64,000 nucleotides of DNA, taken from Myxococcales bacterium. GTDB lineage: Bacteria > Myxococcota_A > UBA9160 > UBA4427. Below, in pieces: positions 44,111 to 52,118 of the stretch (within the stretch, counting starts at the first letter, position 1; each line of letters starts with the position of its first letter). A program made the position numbers and the translations under genes. A model generated the notes under the pieces. The model made no database searches. It was not told where the DNA came from and saw only the letters and a program-made list of their open reading frames with translations. The stretch spans positions 4,305 through 68,304 of the forward strand of contig JAAZXM010000011.1 of the NCBI GenBank assembly GCA_014240165.1, read 5' to 3'.

Positions 44111-45000
44111 GGGGCGTCCTGCCCGGCGGGCGCAACCAGCCCGCCAATCCGCTCTCCCAAGCGCAGGGCGGTGCCCATGGGTCGCGCATCGATGGCCAGC
44201 GCATCGGCGGCAGCGATCATCACCAGGGTGGAACCGAATTCGAAGCGCCCCCACTCCTCGCCGCGCTGGAGGGCAATGCCCGGGGACGGGTAGTCCCGCA
44301 CGCTCAGGGATGCGCCTCGCCGGTGGGTCTCGGCGTCGTCGAAGGTCAAGCGAATCTTGCCCACCATAGTCGCCCCCACCGCCACCAGGGCCAGGGCCGG
44401 TACCTCGCCGGGCTGCCCGGGCAATTTCACCGAAGCGCAGATGCGCTCATTGCGCGCAAAGAGTCGGTCCACCCCATGGAGGCCCAGGTCGTTGACGGGC
44501 CAGAGTGCCCCGGGAACATGCCGAGTGCGCGTCACGGAGCCGGCGCAGGGCGCGTGAAAGCGATGGTAGTTGCGGGGCGCCAGGTAGAAGGTCGCGTAAT
44601 GGCCGCCTTCGAAATTTCGGGCCCAGGCCTCGTCGCCGATCAACTCCGCCAGGCGATAGTCGCGCCCCTTGACCTGGAGAAGCTTGCCCTCCTCGACCCG
44701 GCCCGCCTGGCCCCAAGCACCATCGCAGGGCGCCACCACCGCCTCGGGTGCGGGGTCCACCGGCCGCACACCCGGCGGAAGGGCCCGGGTGAAGAACGCC
44801 TGGAGGGAGGGGTAGTCGGCCAGGGGGTCGCGGACCTCGCTCCAAGCCACACCCACGCTGCGACCGAAAGCCCGGTAAGCCGGGGCGCGAAGCCACCGAG
44901 GCAGGGTCAGGTTCGCCAGGCGACCCGCCCCGTGGGAGAGCAGGCTCTTGGGCAGAATGCGAAGCAGGGGCATCCAGCGTTGGTGCGATCGGCCGGCCAA
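44107..45000 (-). CDS. psd: phosphatidylserine decarboxylase proenzyme
   Basis: 297 aa from the TTG at 45000, preceded by a G-rich SD (GGGGGGGGAGA). An alternative ATG is at 44973. It has YHRFHAP and the self-cleavage site FEFGSTLV. Confidence 0.8.
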   Translation of the reverse strand: MAGRSHQRWMPLLRILPKSLLSHGAGRLANLTLPRWLRAPAYRAFGRSVGVAWSEVRDPLADYPSLQAFFTRALPPGVRPVDPAPEAVVAPCDGAWGQAGRVEEGKLLQVKGRDYRLAELIGDEAWARNFEGGHYATFYLAPRNYHRFHAPCAGSVTRTRHVPGALWPVNDLGLHGVDRLFARNERICASVKLPGQPGEVPALALVAVGATMVGKIRLTFDDAETHRRGASLSVRDYPSPGIALQRGEEWGRFEFGSTLVMIAAADALAIDARPMGTALRLGERIGGLVAPAGQDAP

Positions 45001-45144
45001 TCTCCCCCCCCTTGAGCCCCGAACCCCGGGGACGCTCCACGCTGAGCCCTCCGGCCAGGCGGCCGCAGGCGGGGCTTGCTTCGCGCCTGCGGGCCGTCAC
45101 CCCCGAAACGGCTCGCGGGCAAATTACCGCTCTGCCCGGCCCGG

Positions 45145-45248
45145 GTCCATCCCGGTGCCCATCCACCCCGCCCGTCCACCCCGCCCGTCCATCAGGCCCG
45201 TCCATCAGGCCCATCCATCAGGCCCGTCCACCCCGCCCCATCACCGTC
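45145..45248. repeat. 13-nt tandem array CCCRTCCAYCMSG, about 8 copies
   Basis: Read directly: cccatccaccccg cccgtccaccccg cccgtccatcagg cccgtccatcagg cccatccatcagg cccgtccaccccg, plus degenerate ends. The array lies in the divergent psd/RND promoter region. Confidence 0.9.
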
Positions 45249-45356
45249 CCCGAACGCCCCGCCGCCCCCCCGCCCATGCATGACCCTCGGCGGTGGATTA
45301 TGGTTCGCCCGCTCCGCGCCCCGGCCCCTGCCGGCGCCTGCCGGACCCTTCACCGT

Positions 45357-47999
45357 ATGCAGAGACGAATCGACGGAGTGCTCGCCCGGGTTCTGGCGCG
45401 TTGGGTGGATTTCATTCGCCGCCGAGCCGGCACCACCCTTGCCCTGATCTTCTCCGTGACCGCGGTACTCGGGGTCTACGCCGCCCTCGCCCTGGGGATC
45501 AACTCGGACAACGTGAGCCTGGTGCCCACGGACCTGCCCTCGCGAAAAGCCCACGAGGCGTTCATCGAGAAATTCCCCAACCTCGAGGAGGCGATCTTCG
45601 TCGTCATCGACGGCGCCACGCCGGAACTCGCCCGGGACGCGGCCATCGACTTGACTGCGCGCCTGCAGGACGAGCCCGAGGTCATCACCAAGGCCTACCT
45701 CCCCGGCGGCGGCGAATTCTTCGAACGCAACGGGCTGCTCTACCAGGGCGTCGACGAACTCGACGCCTTCGCGGATCAGATGGCGCGGATCCAGCCCCTG
45801 CTCACCCAACTCGAACAGGATCCCAGCATCGCCAACCTCTCCCGCATCGTGCGCGAGGGACTCGACACCCTCGATGAGGAGAATGAGGGGAGCGATTGGT
45901 CCCAGATCCTCGATCGCCTCAGCGAGGCCACGGTGGAAGCCTGGGAAGAACACCCCGTCGCCATTTCCTGGGAGGAACTCCTGCTTCGCGACTCCTCCCT
46001 GGATATCTCCACGCGCCGAGTCATCGTCATCCATCCGATCCTGGACTACGCCGACATCCTCACGGGACGCCGCCCCATGGCGGCGATCCGTGAGGCCGCC
46101 CGGGAATTGGAGCTTTCCCCCGAGCGCGGGGTTCGCGTTCGCATCACGGGCAACCCGGCACTCAACTACGACGAAATGATCGGCATCGCCTGGGACGTGG
46201 GGGTGGCGGGGGTCTTCTGCTTTCTCCTGGTCGCGGCGATCCTCTACCGGGCATTGCGGTCCGCACGCATCGTGATCGCCACCCTACTCACCCTGCTGAC
46301 GGGGCTGATTTGGACCGCCGCCTTCACCGCCGCCGCCATCGGCACCCTGAATCCGCTCTCCATCACCTTCGCGATCCTCTTCATCGGCCTCGGTGCCGAT
46401 TTCGGCATCCACCTGGGCACCGGCTATGCCGATCGGATTCGTTCCGGGCACGATCACCCCCGTGCCCTCCGCGAAGCGGCGGGCCAGGTGGGCACCGCCC
46501 TGGTCTTCTGCACCCTCACCACCGCCATCGGCTTTTACGTCTTCGTGCCCACGGATTATCGCGGCGTCGCGGAGCTCGGGCTGATCGCCGGCACGGGCAT
46601 GTTCGTCATCCTTTTCCTCACACTCACCCTGCTCCCCGCTCTTCTCAGCCGCGGGTTCCGGGTCAATCCCGAAGCCGAACTGCGCGCGCCGGTGCATTTC
46701 CGGACCCGCTTCTGGGAGCGGATCGGCGAGCACCCCAAGGCGATTCGCTTCACTGCGCTGATCCTGGGCCTGGCTGCGCTCCCCCTTCTCCCGGGCTTGA
46801 GCTTCGATGCCAACGTCATCGAAATGCGCGACCCCAAAACCGAGTCGGTGAGGGCCTTCAAGGATCTGCTGAACGACTCCATGACCTCACCGTGGTACCT
46901 CAACGTCCTGGTTCCCGATGCAGCCAGTGCTGCTCGCCTGAAGCCCAAACTCGAAGCCCTGGCCGAGGTCGAGCAGGTCATCACCCTGGCCTCCTTCGTG
47001 CCCGATGAGCAGGATGAAAAGATCGAAATCCTGCAGGACGTGGCCTTTCTCTTCGAACAACCCGCCATGCCCACCTACCGCCAGACGCCCCCGCCCGTGA
47101 GCGAACAGATTCAGGCGCTCCAGGATCTCAACGCCTACCTCGAGCAGGCCACCCGGATGGGAGGAGACGCGCCCCTGAACCGGAGCATGATCCGGTTGCG
47201 CGAGCACTTGACGCGTTTCCTCAACCGGGCGCGCCAGCAGGACAAGGCCGCCCAGGCCCTGGCGGATCTCGAGACCGTCCTGCTGACGCCGTTCCCCGAC
47301 CATCTGAGCCGGCTGCGCACCGCCATGGAAGCCGAGCCCGTCACCGTGTCGGATATCCCCGCCGAACTCACCGAGCGCATGCAGGCCCGGGACGGCACGG
47401 CTCGGCTCCAGGTCTACCCCGCCAGCGCGTTGGGGGATGGCGAGGCCATGCGGCGCTTTGTGGCAGCGGTCGAGGCGACGGCCCCCAATGCGGCCGGGGT
47501 CCCCCTGAACCTGGTGGAATTCGGCGACGTGATCAGTTCTTCCTTCAGCCAGGCCCTGATCTCCGCCCTGGTGATCATCTCACTCCTGCTCTTCGCGCTC
47601 TGGCGCCGACTCTCGGACGTTCTGATCGTGCTGATTCCGCTCTGCCTCGGCGCTGAACTCACCGCCGCCACGGCGGCGTACCTGGATATCCGCTTCGACT
47701 TCACCAACGTCGTGGTAATTCCCCTGGTCTTCGGAATCGGCGTGGACAGCGCGATCCACCTGGTGCAGCGGGCCCGGGAAACCGACAGCTCTGGCGGCGG
47801 CTTGCTCGGAACCGCCACCGCCCGGGCGGTTTTCTACAGCGCGGTGACCACGGGGGTGAGCTTTGGCAGTCTCGCCCTGGCCAACCACAACGGACTCCAG
47901 GGTCTGGGCGTCATGCTCTGCTTCGGGCTCTTCTACACCGTGGTCTCGGTCCTGATCGTCCTGCCAGCGCTGCTGGCCCTGAGGAAACGGACTGCCTGA
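45357..47999 (+). CDS. MMPL/RND-superfamily transporter, HpnN-like
   Basis: 880 aa from the ATG at 45357 (an alternative ATG is at 45328). INSDNVSLVPTDLPSRKAHEAFIEKFPN...FFERNGLLYQG and two 6-TM bundles resemble hopanoid-associated HpnN. No hopanoid biosynthesis genes lie in the window. Confidence 0.7.
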   Translation: MQRRIDGVLARVLARWVDFIRRRAGTTLALIFSVTAVLGVYAALALGINSDNVSLVPTDLPSRKAHEAFIEKFPNLEEAIFVVIDGATPELARDAAIDLTARLQDEPEVITKAYLPGGGEFFERNGLLYQGVDELDAFADQMARIQPLLTQLEQDPSIANLSRIVREGLDTLDEENEGSDWSQILDRLSEATVEAWEEHPVAISWEELLLRDSSLDISTRRVIVIHPILDYADILTGRRPMAAIREAARELELSPERGVRVRITGNPALNYDEMIGIAWDVGVAGVFCFLLVAAILYRALRSARIVIATLLTLLTGLIWTAAFTAAAIGTLNPLSITFAILFIGLGADFGIHLGTGYADRIRSGHDHPRALREAAGQVGTALVFCTLTTAIGFYVFVPTDYRGVAELGLIAGTGMFVILFLTLTLLPALLSRGFRVNPEAELRAPVHFRTRFWERIGEHPKAIRFTALILGLAALPLLPGLSFDANVIEMRDPKTESVRAFKDLLNDSMTSPWYLNVLVPDAASAARLKPKLEALAEVEQVITLASFVPDEQDEKIEILQDVAFLFEQPAMPTYRQTPPPVSEQIQALQDLNAYLEQATRMGGDAPLNRSMIRLREHLTRFLNRARQQDKAAQALADLETVLLTPFPDHLSRLRTAMEAEPVTVSDIPAELTERMQARDGTARLQVYPASALGDGEAMRRFVAAVEATAPNAAGVPLNLVEFGDVISSSFSQALISALVIISLLLFALWRRLSDVLIVLIPLCLGAELTAATAAYLDIRFDFTNVVVIPLVFGIGVDSAIHLVQRARETDSSGGGLLGTATARAVFYSAVTTGVSFGSLALANHNGLQGLGVMLCFGLFYTVVSVLIVLPALLALRKRTA

Positions 48000-48033
48000 A
48001 GGCCGGCGGGCCTGGGGCGCCTGGGCGCGCGCA

Positions 48034-49233
48034 TCAGGGGGCCTCTTCGTCCCCCGCCTTCTTCACCGAGAGCCGGACCTTGGCCGGTTCCACCGAAAGC
48101 GCGCGAATACCATCGGGACTCTCCACCTGGTCGAGTTCGAGGGTAAAGGTCCTGCGGCCGAGTTGAACCAGAAGGGCATCCAAGCGCACGAAGAGTTCGC
48201 TGGAACCCGCCATGTAGAGATCGCGCCGAGGACCTTCCAGGCGGATCGCCACGTCGGCGGGCTGAACCGAAACCAACTCAAAACCCTCGGGCAGGTTCTC
48301 CACCTTCACCGGCACCCGGCGCTCGATGGTTTCCACCGCGCCGCCGGGAATCGCCACGTACCAGATCCCCGCCGCCAGGGCGAGTGCGGCCAGGCCCTCT
48401 CTCCACCCCGTGCGCAAACGCCCAAGCAGATCGCCCCAACCCGTGGGACCCGCAGGCCGAGCGGCCCGGCCGATGAAACGCTCAAGCGCCAGGGCCAATT
48501 CGTCGGGGGTCGCGACGCCCTCGATCTCTCCCGCCTGGGCGATGGAGACCTCGCCGCGCTCCTCGGAAACCACCAGGCATATGGCATCGCAGCGCTCGGC
48601 GAGGCCCAGGGCGGCCGCATGGCGCGTCCCGCCCGCTCCCAGGCGATCCCAATCCGTGGAGAGGGGGAGATGAACGCCGAAGCGCGCGACGCGATTGGCC
48701 TGGACGAGCACCGCCCCATCGTGCCCGGGGGTCTGGGGATCGAAGAGACTCAGGATCAACTGCTCGGAAAGCCGGCCATCCAGGTGAACGCCGCCATCCA
48801 GGTGGCGATCCACGGGCTCCCGGCCGGGCAGAATCACCAGGGCCCCGACCTTGCGCTGAGCCAATTGGAAGAGCGAGCGCACCAGGGAGCGCTCGACATC
48901 CGGGGGCGGGCGCGGAGCGCCTCGTCGCAATCCCCAAACCGCAATGCCCTCGAAGAGCCGGCGAAGATCCTCTTGAAAGACCACCACCAACATCACAGCC
49001 AGGACGGCGAAGAAACCCTGCAACAGGCTCGTGGTGAGTTGCAGGTCGAGCCCCCGGGCCAGCACGAAGACAAACCCCAGGGCCGCCAGCCCCAATAGCG
49101 CCAGGCGAGCTTGGGAGGTGCGGAACCACGCGATGACGAACCAGATCAGGGCCGCGACGATGAGAATGTCGATCAGGTCCGTGAGCCGAAGCTCGGCAAA
49201 CAAGGGCAAGTCTGTGTCCCGCCTCCTTTGCAT
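48034..49233 (-). CDS. cdaA: diadenylate cyclase CdaA fused to a YbbR-like (CdaR-type) domain
   Basis: 399 aa from the ATG at 49233. It has 3 N-terminal TM helices and a DAC domain ([24 protein letters not shown]). A further TM helix is followed by a YbbR-like beta-rich region ([28 protein letters not shown]...[10 protein letters not shown]). Confidence 0.75.
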   Translation of the reverse strand: MQRRRDTDLPLFAELRLTDLIDILIVAALIWFVIAWFRTSQARLALLGLAALGFVFVLARGLDLQLTTSLLQGFFAVLAVMLVVVFQEDLRRLFEGIAVWGLRRGAPRPPPDVERSLVRSLFQLAQRKVGALVILPGREPVDRHLDGGVHLDGRLSEQLILSLFDPQTPGHDGAVLVQANRVARFGVHLPLSTDWDRLGAGGTRHAAALGLAERCDAICLVVSEERGEVSIAQAGEIEGVATPDELALALERFIGRAARPAGPTGWGDLLGRLRTGWREGLAALALAAGIWYVAIPGGAVETIERRVPVKVENLPEGFELVSVQPADVAIRLEGPRRDLYMAGSSELFVRLDALLVQLGRRTFTLELDQVESPDGIRALSVEPAKVRLSVKKAGDEEAP

Positions 49234-49336
49234 CGCGCTCGGAAGGCCCGGGGACCCGCCCCGGGTCAGGAGGCAGCCTATCGCAGCCCCCGCCCTGGGC
49301 CTAGCAGGCGGGCAATTTTTCACCCACACTGGGCCA

Positions 49337-49756
49337 ATGCGTTATCTCCATACGATGGTTCGGGTCAAGGATCTCGACGCCTCCCTGGACTTTTACTGCA
49401 ACAAACTCGGCCTGGAAGAACTGAAGCGCGTGGACGTGGAAGCCGGGCGTTTCACCCTGGTCTTTCTCGGCGCCCCGGACAACCCCGACGCCCAGGTGGA
49501 ACTCACCTGGAATTGGGATCCCGAGGCCTATACGGGCGGACGCAATTTCGGACACCTGGCCTACGAGGTGGAGAATATTTTCGAAATCTGTCAGCGCTTG
49601 ATGGACGGCGGCATCACCATCAATCGCCCGCCTCGGGACGGCCATATGGCCTTCGTACGCTCACCCGACGGCATCTCCATCGAGTTGCTTCAAAAGGGCG
49701 GACGCCTGCCCGCCGAGGAACCCTGGGCCTCGATGGAAAACACCGGCGAGTGGTAG
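49337..49756 (+). CDS. gloA: lactoylglutathione lyase (glyoxalase I)
   Basis: 139 aa from the ATG at 49337. [26 protein letters not shown]...GHLAYEV...[17 protein letters not shown]. Confidence 0.85.
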   Translation: MRYLHTMVRVKDLDASLDFYCNKLGLEELKRVDVEAGRFTLVFLGAPDNPDAQVELTWNWDPEAYTGGRNFGHLAYEVENIFEICQRLMDGGITINRPPRDGHMAFVRSPDGISIELLQKGGRLPAEEPWASMENTGEW

Positions 49757-49782
49757 CGCCCGCGCCAGGAGAAATTCCCCCC

Positions 49783-50835
49783 GTGCAACTCAAATTCGAT
49801 CGCGAAGAACTGCTCAGCGAAGACGAATACGCCCGCCCCCAGATCGAGGCGGAGCGTCGCCTTCACGGCGGCTTCGATGCGGACGGGCACTACATCTCCC
49901 CCCGCATGCGCAAGCGCGCCCCGGCCCTCGCGGCCTGGACCGAAGCGCTCCGGGCCCGGGGCGGCGACCTGATGGATACGGACTCCTCCCTGCTCGCGGG
50001 AATCCGCTATCCAAACGCCGCCCAGTCGAAGTTGCTGCTCCAAGAAGGGCTCGGTCAGACCTTCTGGAACATGCTCACCATCACGGGCCATATCGAAGCC
50101 CGAGGGCGGGTACTGGCCGAGATGCAATTCCCGGACTTCCAGAAAGCGGTGGAGGCCGATATCGGCGAGACCGCCCTCGGCCATCTCCACAAGGGATTGC
50201 TCGAAGCTCACGGTCTCGATGAGGGCGGCCAACCCGACAAGGAGATCGGGGGGCACGACGCCATGTGGTTTGCGCTGCGCGACCTGGCCTTCGGCGACGT
50301 CGCCTACCCCGAACCCGAAGTGCCCGAGAATATCGCGCGCCCCGAATCGGAAGAGCCCGCAACGCCCCCCATCGAACCCGCCTTCGCCCAGGTGATCTAT
50401 TTCCTGCTCAACTTGCTGCTCATCGAGTTTCGGGCCGAAAGGTCGTTCGCCCTGTCCCAGACCCTCCTTCTCGACCCCGAACTCTTTCCCGACCGGCGTG
50501 CCGAGGCCGAACACGCCGCCGTGCTGGTGGACCGCATTCGCCAGGACGAAACGGTGCACGTCGAATCCCTGCGCCTCTACCTGGGCGAAATCCGACACCT
50601 CGAATTGAAGGCGTCCGGGGGCGGGCGCGTCAGCGGGCGCGAGTTCGTCGACGATTTCTGGCGATCCCTGATCGTCTGGGCCACCGAAGAACAACCCCGC
50701 CTGATGGCCGAGCAACAGCGCACGCTGATGCGCGAGCGCATCGCCCAGCACCCGGAAGCCGAGCGGGTCCAGCGCGCCTTCGACGCCCTCGAAGAAGCCG
50801 ACGGCCCGGCCAATGCCTCGGCGGCTTCGGGCTAG
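49783..50835 (+). CDS. conserved-looking hypothetical protein, helical, His/Glu-rich
   Basis: 350 aa from the GTG at 49783 (AGGAGA SD at 49767-49772), in the frame of track ORF 49111..50835. The codon usage and composition are gene-like. I recognise no family. Confidence 0.55.
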   Translation: MQLKFDREELLSEDEYARPQIEAERRLHGGFDADGHYISPRMRKRAPALAAWTEALRARGGDLMDTDSSLLAGIRYPNAAQSKLLLQEGLGQTFWNMLTITGHIEARGRVLAEMQFPDFQKAVEADIGETALGHLHKGLLEAHGLDEGGQPDKEIGGHDAMWFALRDLAFGDVAYPEPEVPENIARPESEEPATPPIEPAFAQVIYFLLNLLLIEFRAERSFALSQTLLLDPELFPDRRAEAEHAAVLVDRIRQDETVHVESLRLYLGEIRHLELKASGGGRVSGREFVDDFWRSLIVWATEEQPRLMAEQQRTLMRERIAQHPEAERVQRAFDALEEADGPANASAASG

Positions 50836-51703
50836 CCGGGTGTCCACGCGCGAGCGCGACCTCGCCCCGCCCAACCCGCCCCGGGTGGCGCTCTTGAGTG
50901 AAACCTTTCCGGGCCAGCCGCAACGCGACGCGGCGATCAGCCATGCCCTGCTGCGAAGAGTGGCCGCGGGGGAACTCCCTGAATCCCTTCGGCTCTACGT
51001 GCCCGACGAGGCCGTGCTCTTCTCTCTCCTCGACGCCCGCAACCCGGGCTTTGCCCGCGCCCGGGCCGTGGCCGCCGACCTGGGCTGCCCGTCGGTCTTG
51101 CGACTCGCCGGGGGCCATGCCGCCCTCTTCCATCGACGCTGCCTGGCCTTCGCCTGGGCGATCCCCGCGGCGCAGGCTGGGGATGGGATCGCCGGCCGCT
51201 TCGAAACCCTGGCGAATCTCGTGGTGCGCGCCCTGGCCCGCCTCGGAGTCGATGCACGTCAGGGCGCGGTTCCGGGTGAGTATTGCCCGGGGGAGTACAG
51301 CGTAAACGCCGGAGGCCGGATCAAGCTGATGGGCGTGGGGCAGCGGATCATCCGGGGTGGCGCGCATGTCGGAGGCGTCATCGTGGTGGGCGACTCCCCG
51401 CGTTTGAAGGAAATCCTGGCACCGGTCTACCAGGCCCTGGACCTGCCGTGGGATCCCGACTCGGCGGGTGCCGTGGAGGACGTCGCACCCGGGGTCGGCG
51501 TTGAAGACGTCAAGCGCGCGCTCCTCGCCGAGTTCGCCGCCGAGCGCGGACTCGAGCGAGTCGCCATGGAGGACGCCACCCTCTCCCTGGCCCATACCCT
51601 CGAGGCCTGGCACGTACCCGGAGAAGGCCCACGCAGGGCGGCCATGCGCACCGCCCCCTCCTCGGAAAAAGCCCTGGACGCGGTGGATCTGGAACTCGGC
51701 TGA
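50813..51703 (+). CDS. lipoate/biotin protein ligase family (BPL_LplA_LipB catalytic domain) protein
   Basis: 296 aa from the ATG at 50813, overlapping the upstream gene by 23 nt (an alternative GTG is at 50840). LRLYVPDEAVLFS, RLAGGHAALFH and GRIKLMGVGQRI (putative catalytic Lys) resemble LplA-like ligases. Confidence 0.6.
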   Translation: MPRRLRASRVSTRERDLAPPNPPRVALLSETFPGQPQRDAAISHALLRRVAAGELPESLRLYVPDEAVLFSLLDARNPGFARARAVAADLGCPSVLRLAGGHAALFHRRCLAFAWAIPAAQAGDGIAGRFETLANLVVRALARLGVDARQGAVPGEYCPGEYSVNAGGRIKLMGVGQRIIRGGAHVGGVIVVGDSPRLKEILAPVYQALDLPWDPDSAGAVEDVAPGVGVEDVKRALLAEFAAERGLERVAMEDATLSLAHTLEAWHVPGEGPRRAAMRTAPSSEKALDAVDLELG

Positions 51704-51821
51704 ACTGCGCCTGCAGGCCATCCGCAGGGCGGCGGCGGCGGGGGCGCGCCCCTGTCCGGCAGCGCCCCGAATCGCGGGAATCATTCGTGCCCCCCGCCGC
51801 GAATCCCGGTATCCTCAACCG

Positions 51822-52118
51822 ATGGCCTCTCCCTGCCGCGCACGACGCATCGGACTCGCCCTGGCCCTGGGCGTCACCGCCCTCGTGCTGGCCGGTGAAG
51901 CGAGCGCAGTGCCCCGAGAAGCCAACCTCGTTCCCTTTGGGAGTCTGGACCCAGCCTCCAGCGACTCCGCCCCGCTCCGCTGCACTCGGGCCACCTGCGC
52001 CCCGCGCCCGGGGGATTCGCCCTGGACGCTGGCGAGTTTCGGGCTTGCGGTGGCGGGCGCCGGCTGGTTCGGCGGCCGGCGAACTGCCCCGCGATCACTG
52101 CCCCAATCCAGGCCTTAA
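51822..52118 (+). CDS. small secreted protein with C-terminal hydrophobic anchor plus RR (sorting-signal-like)
   Basis: 98 aa from the ATG at 51822. Signal peptide MASPCRARRIGLALALGVTALVLAGEASA. C-terminus SPWTLASFGLAVAGAGWFGGRR. Support is weak. Confidence 0.3.
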   Translation: MASPCRARRIGLALALGVTALVLAGEASAVPREANLVPFGSLDPASSDSAPLRCTRATCAPRPGDSPWTLASFGLAVAGAGWFGGRRTAPRSLPQSRP

